Source: Candidatus Poribacteria bacterium
GTDB lineage: Bacteria > Poribacteria > WGA-4E > UBA9662
Reading direction: 5' to 3'
NCBI GenBank assembly: GCA_046582655.1
Contig: JAYGDX010000195.1
Span: 28,568 to 92,567 of the forward strand
Length of the DNA stretch: 64,000 nucleotides
The position numbers and the translations under genes are program-made. This document shows positions 38,931 through 50,612 of the stretch, one piece after another; the first letter of the stretch is position 1; each line of letters opens with the position of its first letter. The notes under the pieces are model-generated. The model was not told the origin of the DNA and did not search any database. It saw only the letters and a list, made by a program, of their open reading frames with translations.

Positions 38931-39806
38931 ATGAGAGTTGCTTATTTCCCTGGCTGTGTGGCTAAAGGGAATTGTCCAGAACTGAACCAAGCCACCAAGA
39001 AAATTGCACCTATGCTTGGTATTGAATTGGTTGAACTTACTGGTGCTCCCTGTACCGGTGCAGGTGTTTTAGAATCACAAAATCCGGTGCTTGCAGATAC
39101 TTACAATGCTAAAACTCTCGCACTCGCTGAGGAATTAGATTTGCCATTGATGACAATCTGTTCAACCTGCATAGGTTGTCTGCGTAAGAGCAATAAGAAA
39201 TTGTCTGATAATGAAGGTTACCGTGCAGACGTAAACGCAGTACTTGAATCCGGCGGGCACACCTACCATGGAGGCGTTGATGTCACACATATTCTCTACG
39301 TTATCATCAAAGAGGTTGGTATTGATAACCTTCGTGATATGGTTAAAAAACCGTTGACGGATTTGCGCATTGCACCATTTTATGGTTGTTACATCCTGCG
39401 CCCTGCTGACATCATGGGGATTGATGATCCTGATAATCCAACTTCCATGGAAAAGGTGATTGAGGCCCTAGGTGCTATTCCAGTGGACTACAGCGGAAAA
39501 ACTCGTTGTTGTGGTTTTCCAATTGGTTTAGAAAACGAAGAAGCATCATTCAAAATGGCAGGGAAACACATTGGTGAAGCCAAGGATAAAAGTGCTGATT
39601 GCATGGTAACACCGTGTCCATTATGCCACATGAATCTTGACCTTCAGCAGCCTGGAGTTAGCCGGGTAATCAACCGACAGCTTGATATGCCAATTTTGCA
39701 TCTTCCGCAGATGGTTGGCTTAGCACTTGGCATATCACCAAAAGAGTTGGGCTTTAATAAACATATGATTTCAACTCAGAATGTGCTAACAAAGCTGGGT
39801 ATATAA
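38931..39806 (+). CDS. HdrB-like CCG-domain protein, probable SdhE-type membrane anchor
   Basis: [49 protein letters not shown]. Confidence 0.9.
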   Translation: MRVAYFPGCVAKGNCPELNQATKKIAPMLGIELVELTGAPCTGAGVLESQNPVLADTYNAKTLALAEELDLPLMTICSTCIGCLRKSNKKLSDNEGYRADVNAVLESGGHTYHGGVDVTHILYVIIKEVGIDNLRDMVKKPLTDLRIAPFYGCYILRPADIMGIDDPDNPTSMEKVIEALGAIPVDYSGKTRCCGFPIGLENEEASFKMAGKHIGEAKDKSADCMVTPCPLCHMNLDLQQPGVSRVINRQLDMPILHLPQMVGLALGISPKELGFNKHMISTQNVLTKLGI

Positions 39807-39925
39807 CACTGCCCAAAAGAGATTTATTTCGGTAATATAAAGCAGATAACTGAGACTGAATAGCCGGATTGTCTCTTGTTAAACAGACCTCACTCACCCC
39901 TCGAAAGCCTTAGTCACCTGTCAAT

Positions 39926-40696
39926 TTAGCTATCTTCTGGGTTGAGAATAGCTTTAAGATATTCTTTTCTCATCAATGCGATATGGGAAATGGAAATTGC
40001 CTTGGGGCAAACGGCTTCACATTCGCCGTGGTTTGAACAATCACCGAAACCTTCTTCATCCATTTGTTGAACCATTTTTGTCACCCTTTGTTTTCCCTCG
40101 ATTTGCCCTTGAGGGAGTAAGGCAAGATGTGCAATTTTAGCCCCGACAAACAGTGAAGCAGAAGCATTAGGACAAGCTGCAACGCAGGCGCCACATCCGA
40201 TACACGTGGCAGCATCCATGGCTCGTTCTGCAGAATTCTTGGATACCAGCACGGCATTCGCATCCGGAGCTTCGCCAACATATAGGGAAACATAGCCAGC
40301 AGAGGCGATAATCCGATCAAAAGCACTTCGGTCCACAACTAGATCCTTTATAACTGGAAAGGCTTTAGAACGCCAAGGTTCAATTGTGATAGTGCCACCA
40401 TCTTCGAATTCACGCATATGAAGCTCACAAGTTGCAGTCGCTCGCTTGGGGCCGTGTGCCACGCCATTAATAACCAGACTGCACATTCCACAAATTCCTT
40501 CACGGCAGTCGTTGTCAAACTCAATAGGACTTTCTTCTCTTCTAATTAGATCCTCGTTTAGTTTATCCAGCATTTCAAGAAAAGACATATCAGGAGAAAT
40601 ACCACTAACAATGTACGGGACCATTTCGCCCAGGCTGTTTGCATTTTTTTGACGCCAGACTGATAAATTTAACGTCATATTTCCCATTGACAGCAC
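39926..40696 (-). CDS. sdhB: Succinate dehydrogenase/fumarate reductase iron-sulfur subunit (type B)
   Basis: [36 protein letters not shown]. True start may be slightly downstream. Confidence 0.95.
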   Translation of the reverse strand: MLSMGNMTLNLSVWRQKNANSLGEMVPYIVSGISPDMSFLEMLDKLNEDLIRREESPIEFDNDCREGICGMCSLVINGVAHGPKRATATCELHMREFEDGGTITIEPWRSKAFPVIKDLVVDRSAFDRIIASAGYVSLYVGEAPDANAVLVSKNSAERAMDAATCIGCGACVAACPNASASLFVGAKIAHLALLPQGQIEGKQRVTKMVQQMDEEGFGDCSNHGECEAVCPKAISISHIALMRKEYLKAILNPEDS

Positions 40697-40725
40697 CTTG
40701 TTAATTTATATGGCTACTACGTTTT

Positions 40726-42639
40726 TTACTTATAACTTCGCTGAGTCAGATTCACGTTCTCAAAAGACAAGGACTCTTGGTAATGCATAGGCGTTTTACC
40801 CTCACCCATGTATTTCCATGCTGACACATAACTGTAGTCCTCATCATTGCGCTGGGCTTCCCCTCCGAGGGTTTGGCTTTCTGCGCGAAAATGTGCGCCA
40901 CAAGATTCCCGTCGATTCAAAGCATCCAATGCCATTAATTCACCCAATTCCATGTAATCAGCCACGCGTCCAGCAAACTCAAGATTCTTATTTAGCATGT
41001 TCTGGTCACCTGGAACCTTAACATCTCCCCAAAATTCCTCACGCAATTTACGAATTTCTCTGGTTGCGTTTTCAAGTCCAGTTTCTTCACGCGACATGCC
41101 AACATAATCCCAAAGAATACGTCCAATTTCTTGGTGAAACTCCTTTACCGTTTTTTTTCCTTTGATGGATAGAAGTTTTTCCATTCTCCCATGAATCTCT
41201 GCTTCAGCACCTTTGAAAGCTGGGTGTTCGACGGTGATCTTAGGCAATTCAGCCCCTGCAATGTAATCTCCAACAGTGGAAGGGATGATGAAGTATCCAT
41301 CCGCTAAACCTTGCATTAAGGCACTAGCACCAAGACGATTTGCTCCATGGTCAGAGAAATTCGCTTCGCCAAGGACATGTAAGCCAGGAATGGTACTCAT
41401 TAGATTATAATCGACCCATAGCCCACCCATTGTATAGTGAACTGCTGGATAGATGCGCATCGGCGATTCATAAGCATTTTCACCCGTAATCCGCTCATAC
41501 ATATCAAATAAATTACCATATTTCTCCCGGACAGTTTCGACTCCGATGTGCTCTATAGTGCCAGCAAAGTCGAGATAGACAGCCAGACCTGTTTCTCCGA
41601 CTCCCCGTCCTTCGTCGCAAACCGCCTTGGAGTTTCTCGATGCAACATCACGTGGCACAAGATTCCCGAAACTCGGATATTTCTTTTCAAGGTAATAATC
41701 CCTTTCGTTTTCTGGGATCTCATTCGGTGGACGTTTATCATCTTTGTTCTTAGGCACCCAGATACGCCCATCATTTCTCAACCCTTCACTCATAAGCGTT
41801 AGTTTAGATTGATGATTGCCTGAAATCGGAATGCAGGTTGGGTGAATTTGGGCAAAGCATGGGTTTGCAAATAACGCCCCACGTTTGTGGCAACGCCAGA
41901 CGGCGGTTGCGTTAGAATTCATGGCATTGGTAGACAGATAGTAGGCATTTCCATAACCGCCCGTTGCCAACAACACTGCATCTCCGGCGTAGGACTCAAT
42001 TTGCCCCGTGATGAGATTCCGAACAACGATTCCTCGGGCTTTGTCATCAATAGTTACGAGATCCAACATTTCCCTTCGCGGGAACATTCTGATGCTCCCA
42101 GCGTCAACCTGGCGCATCAAAGACCCGTAAGCACCAAGCAGCAACTGTTGCCCTGTCTGACCACGACAGTAGAATGTGCGAGATACCTGTGTCCCGCCGA
42201 AAGATCTATTTGCCAGATGTCCCCCATATTCACGTGAGAATGGTACCCCTTGCGCTGCACACTGATCAATGATATTTGCGCTCACCTGAGCAAGGCGATA
42301 AACATTTGCCTCTCGTGACCTATAATCACCACCTTTGATAGTATCGTAAAATAGTCGCCACACACTATCACCATCATTATGATAGTTTTTGGCCGCATTG
42401 ATTCCACCCTGTGCAGCGATGCTATGAGCTCTCCTTGGAGAATCTTGAATGCAGAAACTCTTGACATTATAACCTAATTCGCTGAGTGACGCTGCTGCGG
42501 AAGCGCCAGCCAACCCTGTTCCAACAACTAAAATAGTAAAATTCCGTTTGTTGTTAGGACTGACCAGTTTCATATTAAACTTATGCCTGCCCCATTTTTC
42601 TGTTAAAGGGCCACTTGGTATTTTTGTCTCAAAAATCAT
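40726..42639 (-). CDS. sdhA: Succinate dehydrogenase/fumarate reductase flavoprotein (B. subtilis/Bacteroidetes-type)
   Basis: [59 protein letters not shown]. Start set at MIFETKIP. Confidence 0.95.
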   Translation of the reverse strand: MIFETKIPSGPLTEKWGRHKFNMKLVSPNNKRNFTILVVGTGLAGASAAASLSELGYNVKSFCIQDSPRRAHSIAAQGGINAAKNYHNDGDSVWRLFYDTIKGGDYRSREANVYRLAQVSANIIDQCAAQGVPFSREYGGHLANRSFGGTQVSRTFYCRGQTGQQLLLGAYGSLMRQVDAGSIRMFPRREMLDLVTIDDKARGIVVRNLITGQIESYAGDAVLLATGGYGNAYYLSTNAMNSNATAVWRCHKRGALFANPCFAQIHPTCIPISGNHQSKLTLMSEGLRNDGRIWVPKNKDDKRPPNEIPENERDYYLEKKYPSFGNLVPRDVASRNSKAVCDEGRGVGETGLAVYLDFAGTIEHIGVETVREKYGNLFDMYERITGENAYESPMRIYPAVHYTMGGLWVDYNLMSTIPGLHVLGEANFSDHGANRLGASALMQGLADGYFIIPSTVGDYIAGAELPKITVEHPAFKGAEAEIHGRMEKLLSIKGKKTVKEFHQEIGRILWDYVGMSREETGLENATREIRKLREEFWGDVKVPGDQNMLNKNLEFAGRVADYMELGELMALDALNRRESCGAHFRAESQTLGGEAQRNDEDYSYVSAWKYMGEGKTPMHYQESLSFENVNLTQRSYK

Positions 42640-42646
42640 TGCAACA

Positions 42647-43339
42647 TCATCCCCCATAAAAGCCCGTTTTTGCCCCAATATAAATTAAAATTGGAATCGC
42701 GAGAAATCCAAAACCGATAAAGAACGAAATGAAAATGCCAAGTGCTTGGACCATTGCTGTGTATTTCGGGTTGCTCATCCCGAGCGATTGAAAAGCACTC
42801 CAAAATCCATGCCTTAAGTGCATACTGAGCATAAACATCACAGCGACGTAACCAAAAACATAAGATTCTTTTCCAAATTTCTCGTGGACTAGTCTATAAA
42901 GATCTCTGACAGATTCAGGGCCAATTTCTACAGTGTATTTGGCTCCAAACTTAAAGTTGATTAGGTGTACAACGACAAAAACAAGCAAAATTATTCCGGT
43001 GATAATCATCGATGTTGAAGCAATTGATTTTCGGCTCGGCTCGCCAGCGTTTCCTTTAGCAACATAGCTGATAGGACGTGCCATCTTCTTTTTGCGGGTT
43101 ACTGAAATCGCTGTTGCGACATGAACAACAAAGGCTCCCAACAAAATGAATTCTGCAATGTAAAGTAATTCTCCAAAACCGGTCAGGAAATGTGCGTATT
43201 TGTTGTAGGGTTCAGAATTACGAACAAGTAATAGAAAATTACCAGTTAAATGCTCAACGAGAAACCCACAAAAAGCCAGACCGGTTAGCCCCATTAAAAA
43301 CTTCTTTCCAACTGAGGATTTTAGCATTGATATCATCAT
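42647..43339 (-). CDS. sdhC: Succinate dehydrogenase cytochrome b subunit
   Basis: [13 protein letters not shown]; His heme ligands ([23 protein letters not shown]); five TM helices. Confidence 0.93.
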   Translation of the reverse strand: MMISMLKSSVGKKFLMGLTGLAFCGFLVEHLTGNFLLLVRNSEPYNKYAHFLTGFGELLYIAEFILLGAFVVHVATAISVTRKKKMARPISYVAKGNAGEPSRKSIASTSMIITGIILLVFVVVHLINFKFGAKYTVEIGPESVRDLYRLVHEKFGKESYVFGYVAVMFMLSMHLRHGFWSAFQSLGMSNPKYTAMVQALGIFISFFIGFGFLAIPILIYIGAKTGFYGG

Positions 43340-43739
43340 ACGAAGTTACACCATGTGGATTTTGAGCATGCACTATTTGGCGTCTAAACACGATTATGTC
43401 TGCCAAAATAGAATCTAGAAAAAACAGTAAAACCAGAAGACGCAGTCTACCCAAATTTCAATTAGCAGTTGGACGATGGGATCATTCTGAAGCACATCAA
43501 GACATACCTGATCCTACGACGGCGCGCTTGGAATGATTTCCTATGGTAGGCACTATTATTATATGGTCATGTTTCTGGAACTGATGTTCAGAGACAGAAA
43601 ACACGACTATACTAAAAAACTGGGAATTGTTTTGGGGATAAGCAACTGACGTTATGATTTGGCAACTGCAAAACCTTCTTTATGCAGTCACATATATTTA
43701 TCTAAACGATAACGACCCAAAAGTCGAGATTCCCCATTC

Positions 43740-44336
43740 TTATAATATATCCTTAATATTATTCTCAAGAGCCAATTCCCCATGGAAGCCAACTTCAACT
43801 TTACTAACCTTTCCCAACCTATCGATATAAAAATTAGCTGGTATCCCCCTGACCCCGTAAAGGATGGAAGCATCACCCTGACTGTCTCTAAGCACCGGAT
43901 AGGAAATTTCCCTCTGCACAACCTGCCTAAGACTTTCGTAATCTTGGTCAACACTAGCTCCAAGTATAACTAGTCCCTGATCGCTGTACTTTTTGTATAG
44001 TGCCTCTAAGTGTGGAACCTCCACACGGCACGAGCCTCACCAAGTTGCCCAGAAATTGAGGAGAACAGCTTTACCCTTCAAACTTGATAGCGTAATGGAA
44101 CCACCATTGAGGTCTGTTAATGTAAAGTCAGGAGCGATCTGACCAACAAGAGCATTTCCTCCAGAAGCATTCTTCTCAGGCTTGACTTGATTGCTCATTT
44201 CTTCTCTGGTTCTCAACTGTTTACGCCTCTGCGCTTCTTGGAGGACCTCACATCCAAACAGGATAGTCATACTGAAGCATATTAAAACAACTACCAGTCC
44301 TTTCGCCTTATGCCGTCTTAAAAAGCACATAATCAT
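43740..44336 (-). CDS. TlpA/ResA-like thioredoxin lipoprotein, predicted selenoprotein (UGA=Sec at 44037-44039)
   Basis: The two track ORFs are in frame: APDFTL...LLNFWATW-U-GSC-RVEVPHL...YGVRGIPANFYIDRLG. Total 198 aa; lipobox LFGC. Confidence 0.85.
44000..44031 (-). promoter_or_regulatory. Bacterial SECIS-like hairpin directly after the UGA
   Basis: GTGCC-GTGTGGA-GGT-TCCACAC-TTAGA-GGCAC: perfect 7-bp upper stem, G-containing loop, 5-bp lower stem. Confidence 0.65.
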
Positions 44337-45280
44337 TCCCCGAATTTATGGAGCGGATATAATACGAACTTCGATCTGCTTTATTTTATCCTTTACTCGC
44401 TCCAAGTATCAAGTCCAAATAGCTATTGGCCGGACGACGATAGCTCGGCAACTTTGTTACGCTAATGCTCTTTCCTAAATTTGGTATTCCATCCTAAAAC
44501 TGTCAAAAGCTCGTTCTATCAATTAATCCAATAGTCTCTAACTCTTGATTAACATTATCAACCAAATTTATATTGGTATATCGGACAACATGCGGTTCTT
44601 CTGAGGCACTCAAACTAGCTTCACGTGTTAGAGCAGTCGACCACATAATCGGATCCGTGTACTAGCTATGACTTTTTCAGACTCCAAAGCACAAGGATCC
44701 TGCTGTTGGACCTTCGATCACTCTGGCAACCTTTCTTCCTAAATCTTTTGATCAACCCTTTGCAGAAAAGACTTAAACAGACCAAAAATCCCCTAGCGAA
44801 ATGCCACAACAATTTTAACAATCCTTATACAGGACTAGATGTTCGGCGTTATCAAGTAACTTATCACAACTTCATAAACCATTAAATACCAGTAAATGCT
44901 AGAATAACATTACTCAAATTAACCAGGATTTCCGAGGTAAGGCTGGTGGCAACCAGTGAGAAATTGTAGAATTTACAACCATTGATTTTCTGATAATTTA
45001 TTCTCGATATCTGAATATGATGCCACATTTTCTCAAATGTCAACAAAACCTAGTCACTACTGAAGAAAGATTAAATCAGAACAACGTAAACAACTCCATT
45101 TGAACTTTCAGATTCGGCTATTTTATGATAATATGAGTGTTTTGCCTTGAGCCTTCACCATTATTTGAAGATGCTTACACTTTAAAGACTATAGAAAAAT
45201 GAAGGCATGACGACTTCTAAAAACATTATGAACTTAGCAGGATATCAAGCTAACTAAACAAATAAAACGAAAACTGACTA

Positions 45281-45946
45281 GTGATTCGGAAAGCAATTAT
45301 TTTTGACATGGATGGGGTGGTCATAAACAGCGAACCGCTCTATGAACTTGCCGACATAGCTTTTTTGAGAAGAAAAGGAATTGCCTATAATCGGGAGTCG
45401 ATAGTTAAAACTCTGTTAGGCAGGAGTTTATGGGATACAACACAAATACTAAAAGACATACATGGTATTGCGGGAGACACACAGAAGCTAATGAAGGAAC
45501 GATTGGGCTTGGTAGAAGGATTATATCAATCTTCATTGGCTTATATTACAGGGTTTTTAGAAGTTCATCAATATTTAGTAGAGAGGGAAATCAAAACCTG
45601 TATTGCGACAGCCTCTCATAACCACTTACTTGATGCCGCTGATAAAAAGTTAGGTTTGTCGAGTATTTTCGGCCAGTATATCTTCAAAATCTCAGATGTA
45701 GGCAATAAATCTAAACCGGATCCAGCAATTTTTTTATATGCAGCTGAAAAGCTAGAAATGAGTTCTGAGGACTGCTGCGTGATAGAAGATTCTCCAAACG
45801 GCATTATGGCAGCTAAGAATGCGGGGATGTATTGTATTGGAATAACAACTTCCAGACCAAGCGAAGACCTAGACCACGCTGACGTTGTTGTCTCCTCACA
45901 TAAAGAAATTCTTCAGCTTTTCAAACAATCTGATAAAAAAACATGA
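45281..45946 (+). CDS. HAD-family phosphatase (beta-PGM/CbbY-like)
   Basis: IFDMDGVVINSE; ATAS; KPDPAIF; IEDSPNGIMAAKNAGM. Confidence 0.9.
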   Translation: MIRKAIIFDMDGVVINSEPLYELADIAFLRRKGIAYNRESIVKTLLGRSLWDTTQILKDIHGIAGDTQKLMKERLGLVEGLYQSSLAYITGFLEVHQYLVEREIKTCIATASHNHLLDAADKKLGLSSIFGQYIFKISDVGNKSKPDPAIFLYAAEKLEMSSEDCCVIEDSPNGIMAAKNAGMYCIGITTSRPSEDLDHADVVVSSHKEILQLFKQSDKKT

Positions 45947-47637
45947 AATTGGATCAAACCACCGGAATCAAACAGGGATTAACGAACTACGGAGACCCCG
46001 AGTTCAGTATTTATATACGAAAAGCCTTTGCTAAGGCTATAGGATACACTGATGATGAACTCAATAGACCAATTGTCGGGATTGTTAACACATTTAGCGG
46101 ATTTAATAGTTGCCATCAGAATTTTAGCGATTTAATCGAAGCGTTGAAAAGAGGCATTCTCTCACAAGGAGCTCTGCCGATTGAGTTTCCGACAATCTCT
46201 CTCGGTGAGACTTTCACCTCTCCAACGACGATGATGTTTCGTAACCTGATGGCAATGGACACTGAAGAAATGATTAGAGCACAGCCGATGGATGGAGTAG
46301 TGTTGTTAGGCGGGTGTGACAAAACTGTACCAGCCCAATTGATGGGTGCGCTTAGCGCTGACAAACCGGCAATCTGTTTGGTGGCGGGGCCAATGATTAC
46401 AGGAGATTACCAAGGAAAAAGACTGGGAGCTTGTACCGATTGCCGCCGATTCTGGAGAGAATACCGAGCTGGGCAAATGGATGATGAACAAATGGAGTTG
46501 ATTAATAGTCGATTATGTTCGAGTACCGGGACCTGTATGGTAATGGGAACAGCCAGTACCATGGCTGCACTAGCAGAAGCTATGGGCATGATGTTACCGG
46601 GAGGAGCAGCGATTCCGGCAGTGATGGCCGATCGGCGTCGACATGCTGAAGCCACGGGCAGAGCAGTTGTGGCTGCAATACAGAAAGACTTGAGCCCGTC
46701 CCGTGTTTTGTCAAAACACTCATTTGAAAATGCGATTCGCGTCTTGATGGCTATCGGTGGTTCAACGAATGCTATTATTCATTTAACTGCCATTGCCAAA
46801 CGAATTGGGATTCAGTTAACCCTGGCTGATTTCGACCGGATCGGAGATCAAACACCAGTTTTAGTCAATCTGAAACCAAGTGGAAAATACTACATGGAAG
46901 ATCTGGCTAAATCCGGTGGCATTCCAACTGTGATGAAAGAGTTAGAGGCGTCTCTCCATTGTCAAGCAACCACAATCAACGGCAAGACCCTCGGAGAAAA
47001 CCTAATGGAAGTTCCGTCACCACCTGAGTGGCAAGATGTTATTAAAACCAGAAATGATCCATTGTTAGAAGAAAAGGGACTGACATGCTTGTTTGGGAAC
47101 TTAGCACCAAATGGCGCGATTATTAAGCGTTCTGCTGCTTCACCGCACCTACTCCAGCATCGGGGGCCAGCATTAGTTTTTACATCGATTGAAGATCTGC
47201 ACAATCGAATTGATCATCCGGATCTGAATGTCACAAATGATCACGTGATTGTGCTTCAAAATGCTGGCCCGGTCGGAGGGCCGGGAATGCCCGAAGCCGG
47301 TTATCTGCCCATTCCCAAGAAACTGCTGCGGGCAGGTATTAAGGATATGGTTCGGATTTCAGATGCTCGTATGAGCGGTACTGCATTTGGGACTGTTGTC
47401 CTACACATATCTCCCGAAGCTGCCGTTGGCGGGCCACTGGCAGCCGTACGAGATGGAGATCTGATTGAACTGGATGTGAATAACAAAAGTGTACAACTTC
47501 TTGTCGATGATAACGAACTCGGGAAACGAATGGACAACATTACCCCACCCAAGCCGCATTTCCAAAGAGGGTATGGTGTCCTCTACACCAATCATGTCGA
47601 ACAAGCCCATCTCGGATGTGACTTTGATTTTCTTTAG
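45943..47637 (+). CDS. IlvD/Edd family dehydratase (probably sugar-acid dehydratase)
   Basis: NSCH; GGCDKTVPAQLMG; GTCMVMGTASTM; GGSTNA; GPVGGPGMPE; SDARMSGTAFG. Confidence 0.92.
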   Translation: MKLDQTTGIKQGLTNYGDPEFSIYIRKAFAKAIGYTDDELNRPIVGIVNTFSGFNSCHQNFSDLIEALKRGILSQGALPIEFPTISLGETFTSPTTMMFRNLMAMDTEEMIRAQPMDGVVLLGGCDKTVPAQLMGALSADKPAICLVAGPMITGDYQGKRLGACTDCRRFWREYRAGQMDDEQMELINSRLCSSTGTCMVMGTASTMAALAEAMGMMLPGGAAIPAVMADRRRHAEATGRAVVAAIQKDLSPSRVLSKHSFENAIRVLMAIGGSTNAIIHLTAIAKRIGIQLTLADFDRIGDQTPVLVNLKPSGKYYMEDLAKSGGIPTVMKELEASLHCQATTINGKTLGENLMEVPSPPEWQDVIKTRNDPLLEEKGLTCLFGNLAPNGAIIKRSAASPHLLQHRGPALVFTSIEDLHNRIDHPDLNVTNDHVIVLQNAGPVGGPGMPEAGYLPIPKKLLRAGIKDMVRISDARMSGTAFGTVVLHISPEAAVGGPLAAVRDGDLIELDVNNKSVQLLVDDNELGKRMDNITPPKPHFQRGYGVLYTNHVEQAHLGCDFDFL

Positions 47638-47735
47638 TTTTGTGTTCCACTTCGTCAAACAAATTAATCGAAGATAAAATAATATTGAACAAATAATAAT
47701 GAGGCTATCTTGCCTTTTTTAAAAAAGAGGGACGA

Positions 47736-48923
47736 ATGGTAGATTCGCTAGCCGGCATACGTGTTTTAGATCTAACACGGATTTTAGCTGGTCCTTACGC
47801 AACAATGATTCTCGGCGATTTAGGTGCAGAGATCATTAAAATTGAGCAACCCCTTATAGGAGACGAAGCACGCGGGTTCGGCCCGTTTAAAGGTGGGTTC
47901 AGCCTTTATTTCATGAGCATTAATCGAGGTAAAAAGAGTATCACCCTCAACCTGAAAGATCCTCGCGGAAAAAAGATTTTTCTGGATCTCGTCAAACAGT
48001 CAGACATCGTGGTCGAAAATTTTCGCCCCGGTACCATGAAGAAACTTGGTTTGGATTATCAGTCGCTCAAGGAACACCATCCTTCGCTGGTTTATGCTGC
48101 CTGTTCAGGTTTTGGTCAAACTGGCCCTTATGCCACAAGAGGTGCCTATGACATGATTATACAAGGCATGGGGGGTATCCTTAGTATCACCGGTGAGCCA
48201 AACCGCCCTCCGGTACGTGTTGGTACTTCGATTGGAGATATCACTGCTGCTTTGTTCACGGCTATTGGCATTTTCTCCGCATTACGTTATCGGGACCAAA
48301 CAGGCGAGGGGCAGTTGGTAGATGTCGGTATGCTTGATTGTCAGGTAGCCATCTTGGAGAACGCGTTGATGCGATACTTCTCAACCAATGAGATTCCCCA
48401 GCCACTAGGACGAAGGCATTCGTCGATTACCCCATTCGAGGTTTTTGAATCCAAGGACAATTATGTCGTTATTGCCATCGGCAATAACGAACTATGGAAA
48501 AAATTTTGTCAACACATCAAAAAACCTGGCCTCATTGAGGATCAAAGATTTTGCACTAACGCTTTGCGAACAGAAAACCACGAACAACTCTTTCCAATTT
48601 TAACCGAAATCACAACCCAATTTACAACCGACCATTGGGTTGAATCGATGGAGTCGATTGGTGTGCCATGTGGACCTGTCAATACCATCGACAAAGTCGT
48701 AACCGATCCACAGGTGTTAGAACGAGAAATGATTGTAGAAGTGGAACATGAAGCGACTGGAGCCATAAAGATTCCAGGAATTCCAATTAAGCTATCAAAA
48801 TCCCCCGGCCGCGTTGAGCGACCTGCACCTAATCTGAGTCAGCATACCGTGGAGGTTTTAAAGGGGTTGTTGGAAATGAACGAAACCGAAATTGAAGAAT
48901 TGAAACAGGACGAAGTTATTTGA
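47736..48923 (+). CDS. Family III CoA-transferase (CaiB/BaiF)
   Basis: LAGIRVLDLTRILAGPYATMILGDLGAEIIKIE; NRGKKSITLNLK; VENFRPG; GFGQTGPY. Confidence 0.95.
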   Translation: MVDSLAGIRVLDLTRILAGPYATMILGDLGAEIIKIEQPLIGDEARGFGPFKGGFSLYFMSINRGKKSITLNLKDPRGKKIFLDLVKQSDIVVENFRPGTMKKLGLDYQSLKEHHPSLVYAACSGFGQTGPYATRGAYDMIIQGMGGILSITGEPNRPPVRVGTSIGDITAALFTAIGIFSALRYRDQTGEGQLVDVGMLDCQVAILENALMRYFSTNEIPQPLGRRHSSITPFEVFESKDNYVVIAIGNNELWKKFCQHIKKPGLIEDQRFCTNALRTENHEQLFPILTEITTQFTTDHWVESMESIGVPCGPVNTIDKVVTDPQVLEREMIVEVEHEATGAIKIPGIPIKLSKSPGRVERPAPNLSQHTVEVLKGLLEMNETEIEELKQDEVI

Positions 48924-49030
48924 GTTTTGGATAGGCATATCCGGACATTTTATACCACGAGTGAGGAATTTCGTCGATTACAAGGAAAACATTAGTATCC
49001 ATACAGGAAAAGGGTGATGCCTCCATCGAA

Positions 49031-49816
49031 TGGCTGCCAATTCTAGCCTATCACAAGATAGGAACTCAGAAGGAGCTTGGAATTACCTGGATATCGCCGT
49101 CGGCCTTCGAGAAGCAAATTGCGTTTTTACACAGTCAGGCATATCAAACCATCTCGCCAAACAGTCTAACAAAAGCCTTGTTAGAAAATAAGAAACTACC
49201 CAAAAAGTCTGTTATGATAACATTTGATGATGGATATGAAAGCTGCTATACTCATGCCTTTCCGATCTTAAAACGTTATGGATTCACCGCCACTATTTTT
49301 ATGTTAGCCGGATACGTGGGGAAATGGAATTCCTGGGATGCAAGGCTCGGTTGGAAACGCTTTAAACACCTGAGCAAAGATCAAATCACTGACCTCTCTC
49401 TGGAAGGCTACACCTTCGGTTCTCACGGGCTAAACCACCTTTTCTTAACATTCCAACACCATGAAACTGTTCAAACGGAACTTAAGGTATCTAAATCAAT
49501 TTTAGAAGACATCCTACAAAAACCAATCGATTGTTTCGCCTACCCATACGGAAATTACAACCCCAGAATTACACAGTTAGTTAAAGACGCAGACTACCAT
49601 ATTGCATTCAGTCTAAATCCTAGTCCACAGCTTATCAATAGCCAAAGCTACTATCTACCACGTATAGGAATCTATCTGTGGGACACTTTGAACACTTTTA
49701 AAACGAAATTACGACAAAATGGAGAAATAAGATTTCGGATTGAATGCGCCAAAAATATTTTGATCAATCGCTTGGCATACGGCAACTTAATTCGATTTCA
49801 TGCCAGCTCAAACTAA
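49031..49816 (+). CDS. Polysaccharide deacetylase (NodB/IcaB-like); 5' end apparently frameshifted
   Basis: In-frame LPILAYHKIG upstream of the track start; ITFDDGY; GSHGLNH; FAYPYG. No canonical in-frame start precedes PILAYH. Confidence 0.82.
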   Translation, partial: WLPILAYHKIGTQKELGITWISPSAFEKQIAFLHSQAYQTISPNSLTKALLENKKLPKKSVMITFDDGYESCYTHAFPILKRYGFTATIFMLAGYVGKWNSWDARLGWKRFKHLSKDQITDLSLEGYTFGSHGLNHLFLTFQHHETVQTELKVSKSILEDILQKPIDCFAYPYGNYNPRITQLVKDADYHIAFSLNPSPQLINSQSYYLPRIGIYLWDTLNTFKTKLRQNGEIRFRIECAKNILINRLAYGNLIRFHASSN

Positions 49817-50604
49817 CTTGTGAAAGTTCAATGCAGAATCAAGCATACAAGCAGATATTATTTAGAACGAATCGCAGAAAACAGATGATCCCCCACATTC
49901 TGTATCAATTATCACGCATTTTTGGTGATGGTCCTTTAACTAATCAAGATTGTCGACAGATAACAGACTCCTGTTCCTCACTATCATTTTCCGATCAGAT
50001 GCGGGTTTGGACACGTTTGATCTGTCTGCAACCTATTCTTAAGGCCATAAACCAGTACATTCCCACAACGCCGGGGAGGATCATCGATCTTGGTAGCGGT
50101 TACGGGGTACTCAGTTGGTTATTAGCTTCTTCCCGGAAACAAGAAATATTGGGCATCGAAGTTTCTTTACCACGCCTAGCAATTGCACAACAGATCACCA
50201 AGGACATACAAAATCTAACTTTCGAACATGGAGACATCGCTAACATAGCAGTAGAACCAAGCTCCACCATTCTGTTAATCGATGTTTTATGTCTGTTTCC
50301 AATTGGAACACAACAACGCATTCTGTTTTCCTGCGCAGACAGTCTAACCAATAATGGTATTCTGCTCTTAAAGGACAACACAACAATACCAAAGTGGAAA
50401 TTCCATTACGCCAGCTTAGAAGAGAGGGTCAAACTATTCCTTGGCATCTACAGCATACCAACTCTAGAACAGCCCAACTACCTATCCCCTGACACATGGC
50501 GTAACCTGATCACGAGATCAAATTTAAAGATTCGTGACGAATTCCTTGTCAAATCACTGGCTCCTTATCCGGGCATCATCTATATCTGCCAGAAGTCATC
50601 GTGA
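49744..50604 (+). CDS. Class I SAM-dependent methyltransferase
   Basis: IIDLGSGYGVL; GIEVS; LTNNGILLLKD. Start uncertain. Confidence 0.8.
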   Translation: MRQKYFDQSLGIRQLNSISCQLKLTCESSMQNQAYKQILFRTNRRKQMIPHILYQLSRIFGDGPLTNQDCRQITDSCSSLSFSDQMRVWTRLICLQPILKAINQYIPTTPGRIIDLGSGYGVLSWLLASSRKQEILGIEVSLPRLAIAQQITKDIQNLTFEHGDIANIAVEPSSTILLIDVLCLFPIGTQQRILFSCADSLTNNGILLLKDNTTIPKWKFHYASLEERVKLFLGIYSIPTLEQPNYLSPDTWRNLITRSNLKIRDEFLVKSLAPYPGIIYICQKSS

Positions 50605-50612
50605 TCTGACAA

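Noticed and set aside
44340..45280. Possible decayed gene in a long spacer
   Set aside because: Short frames show no recognisable motif.
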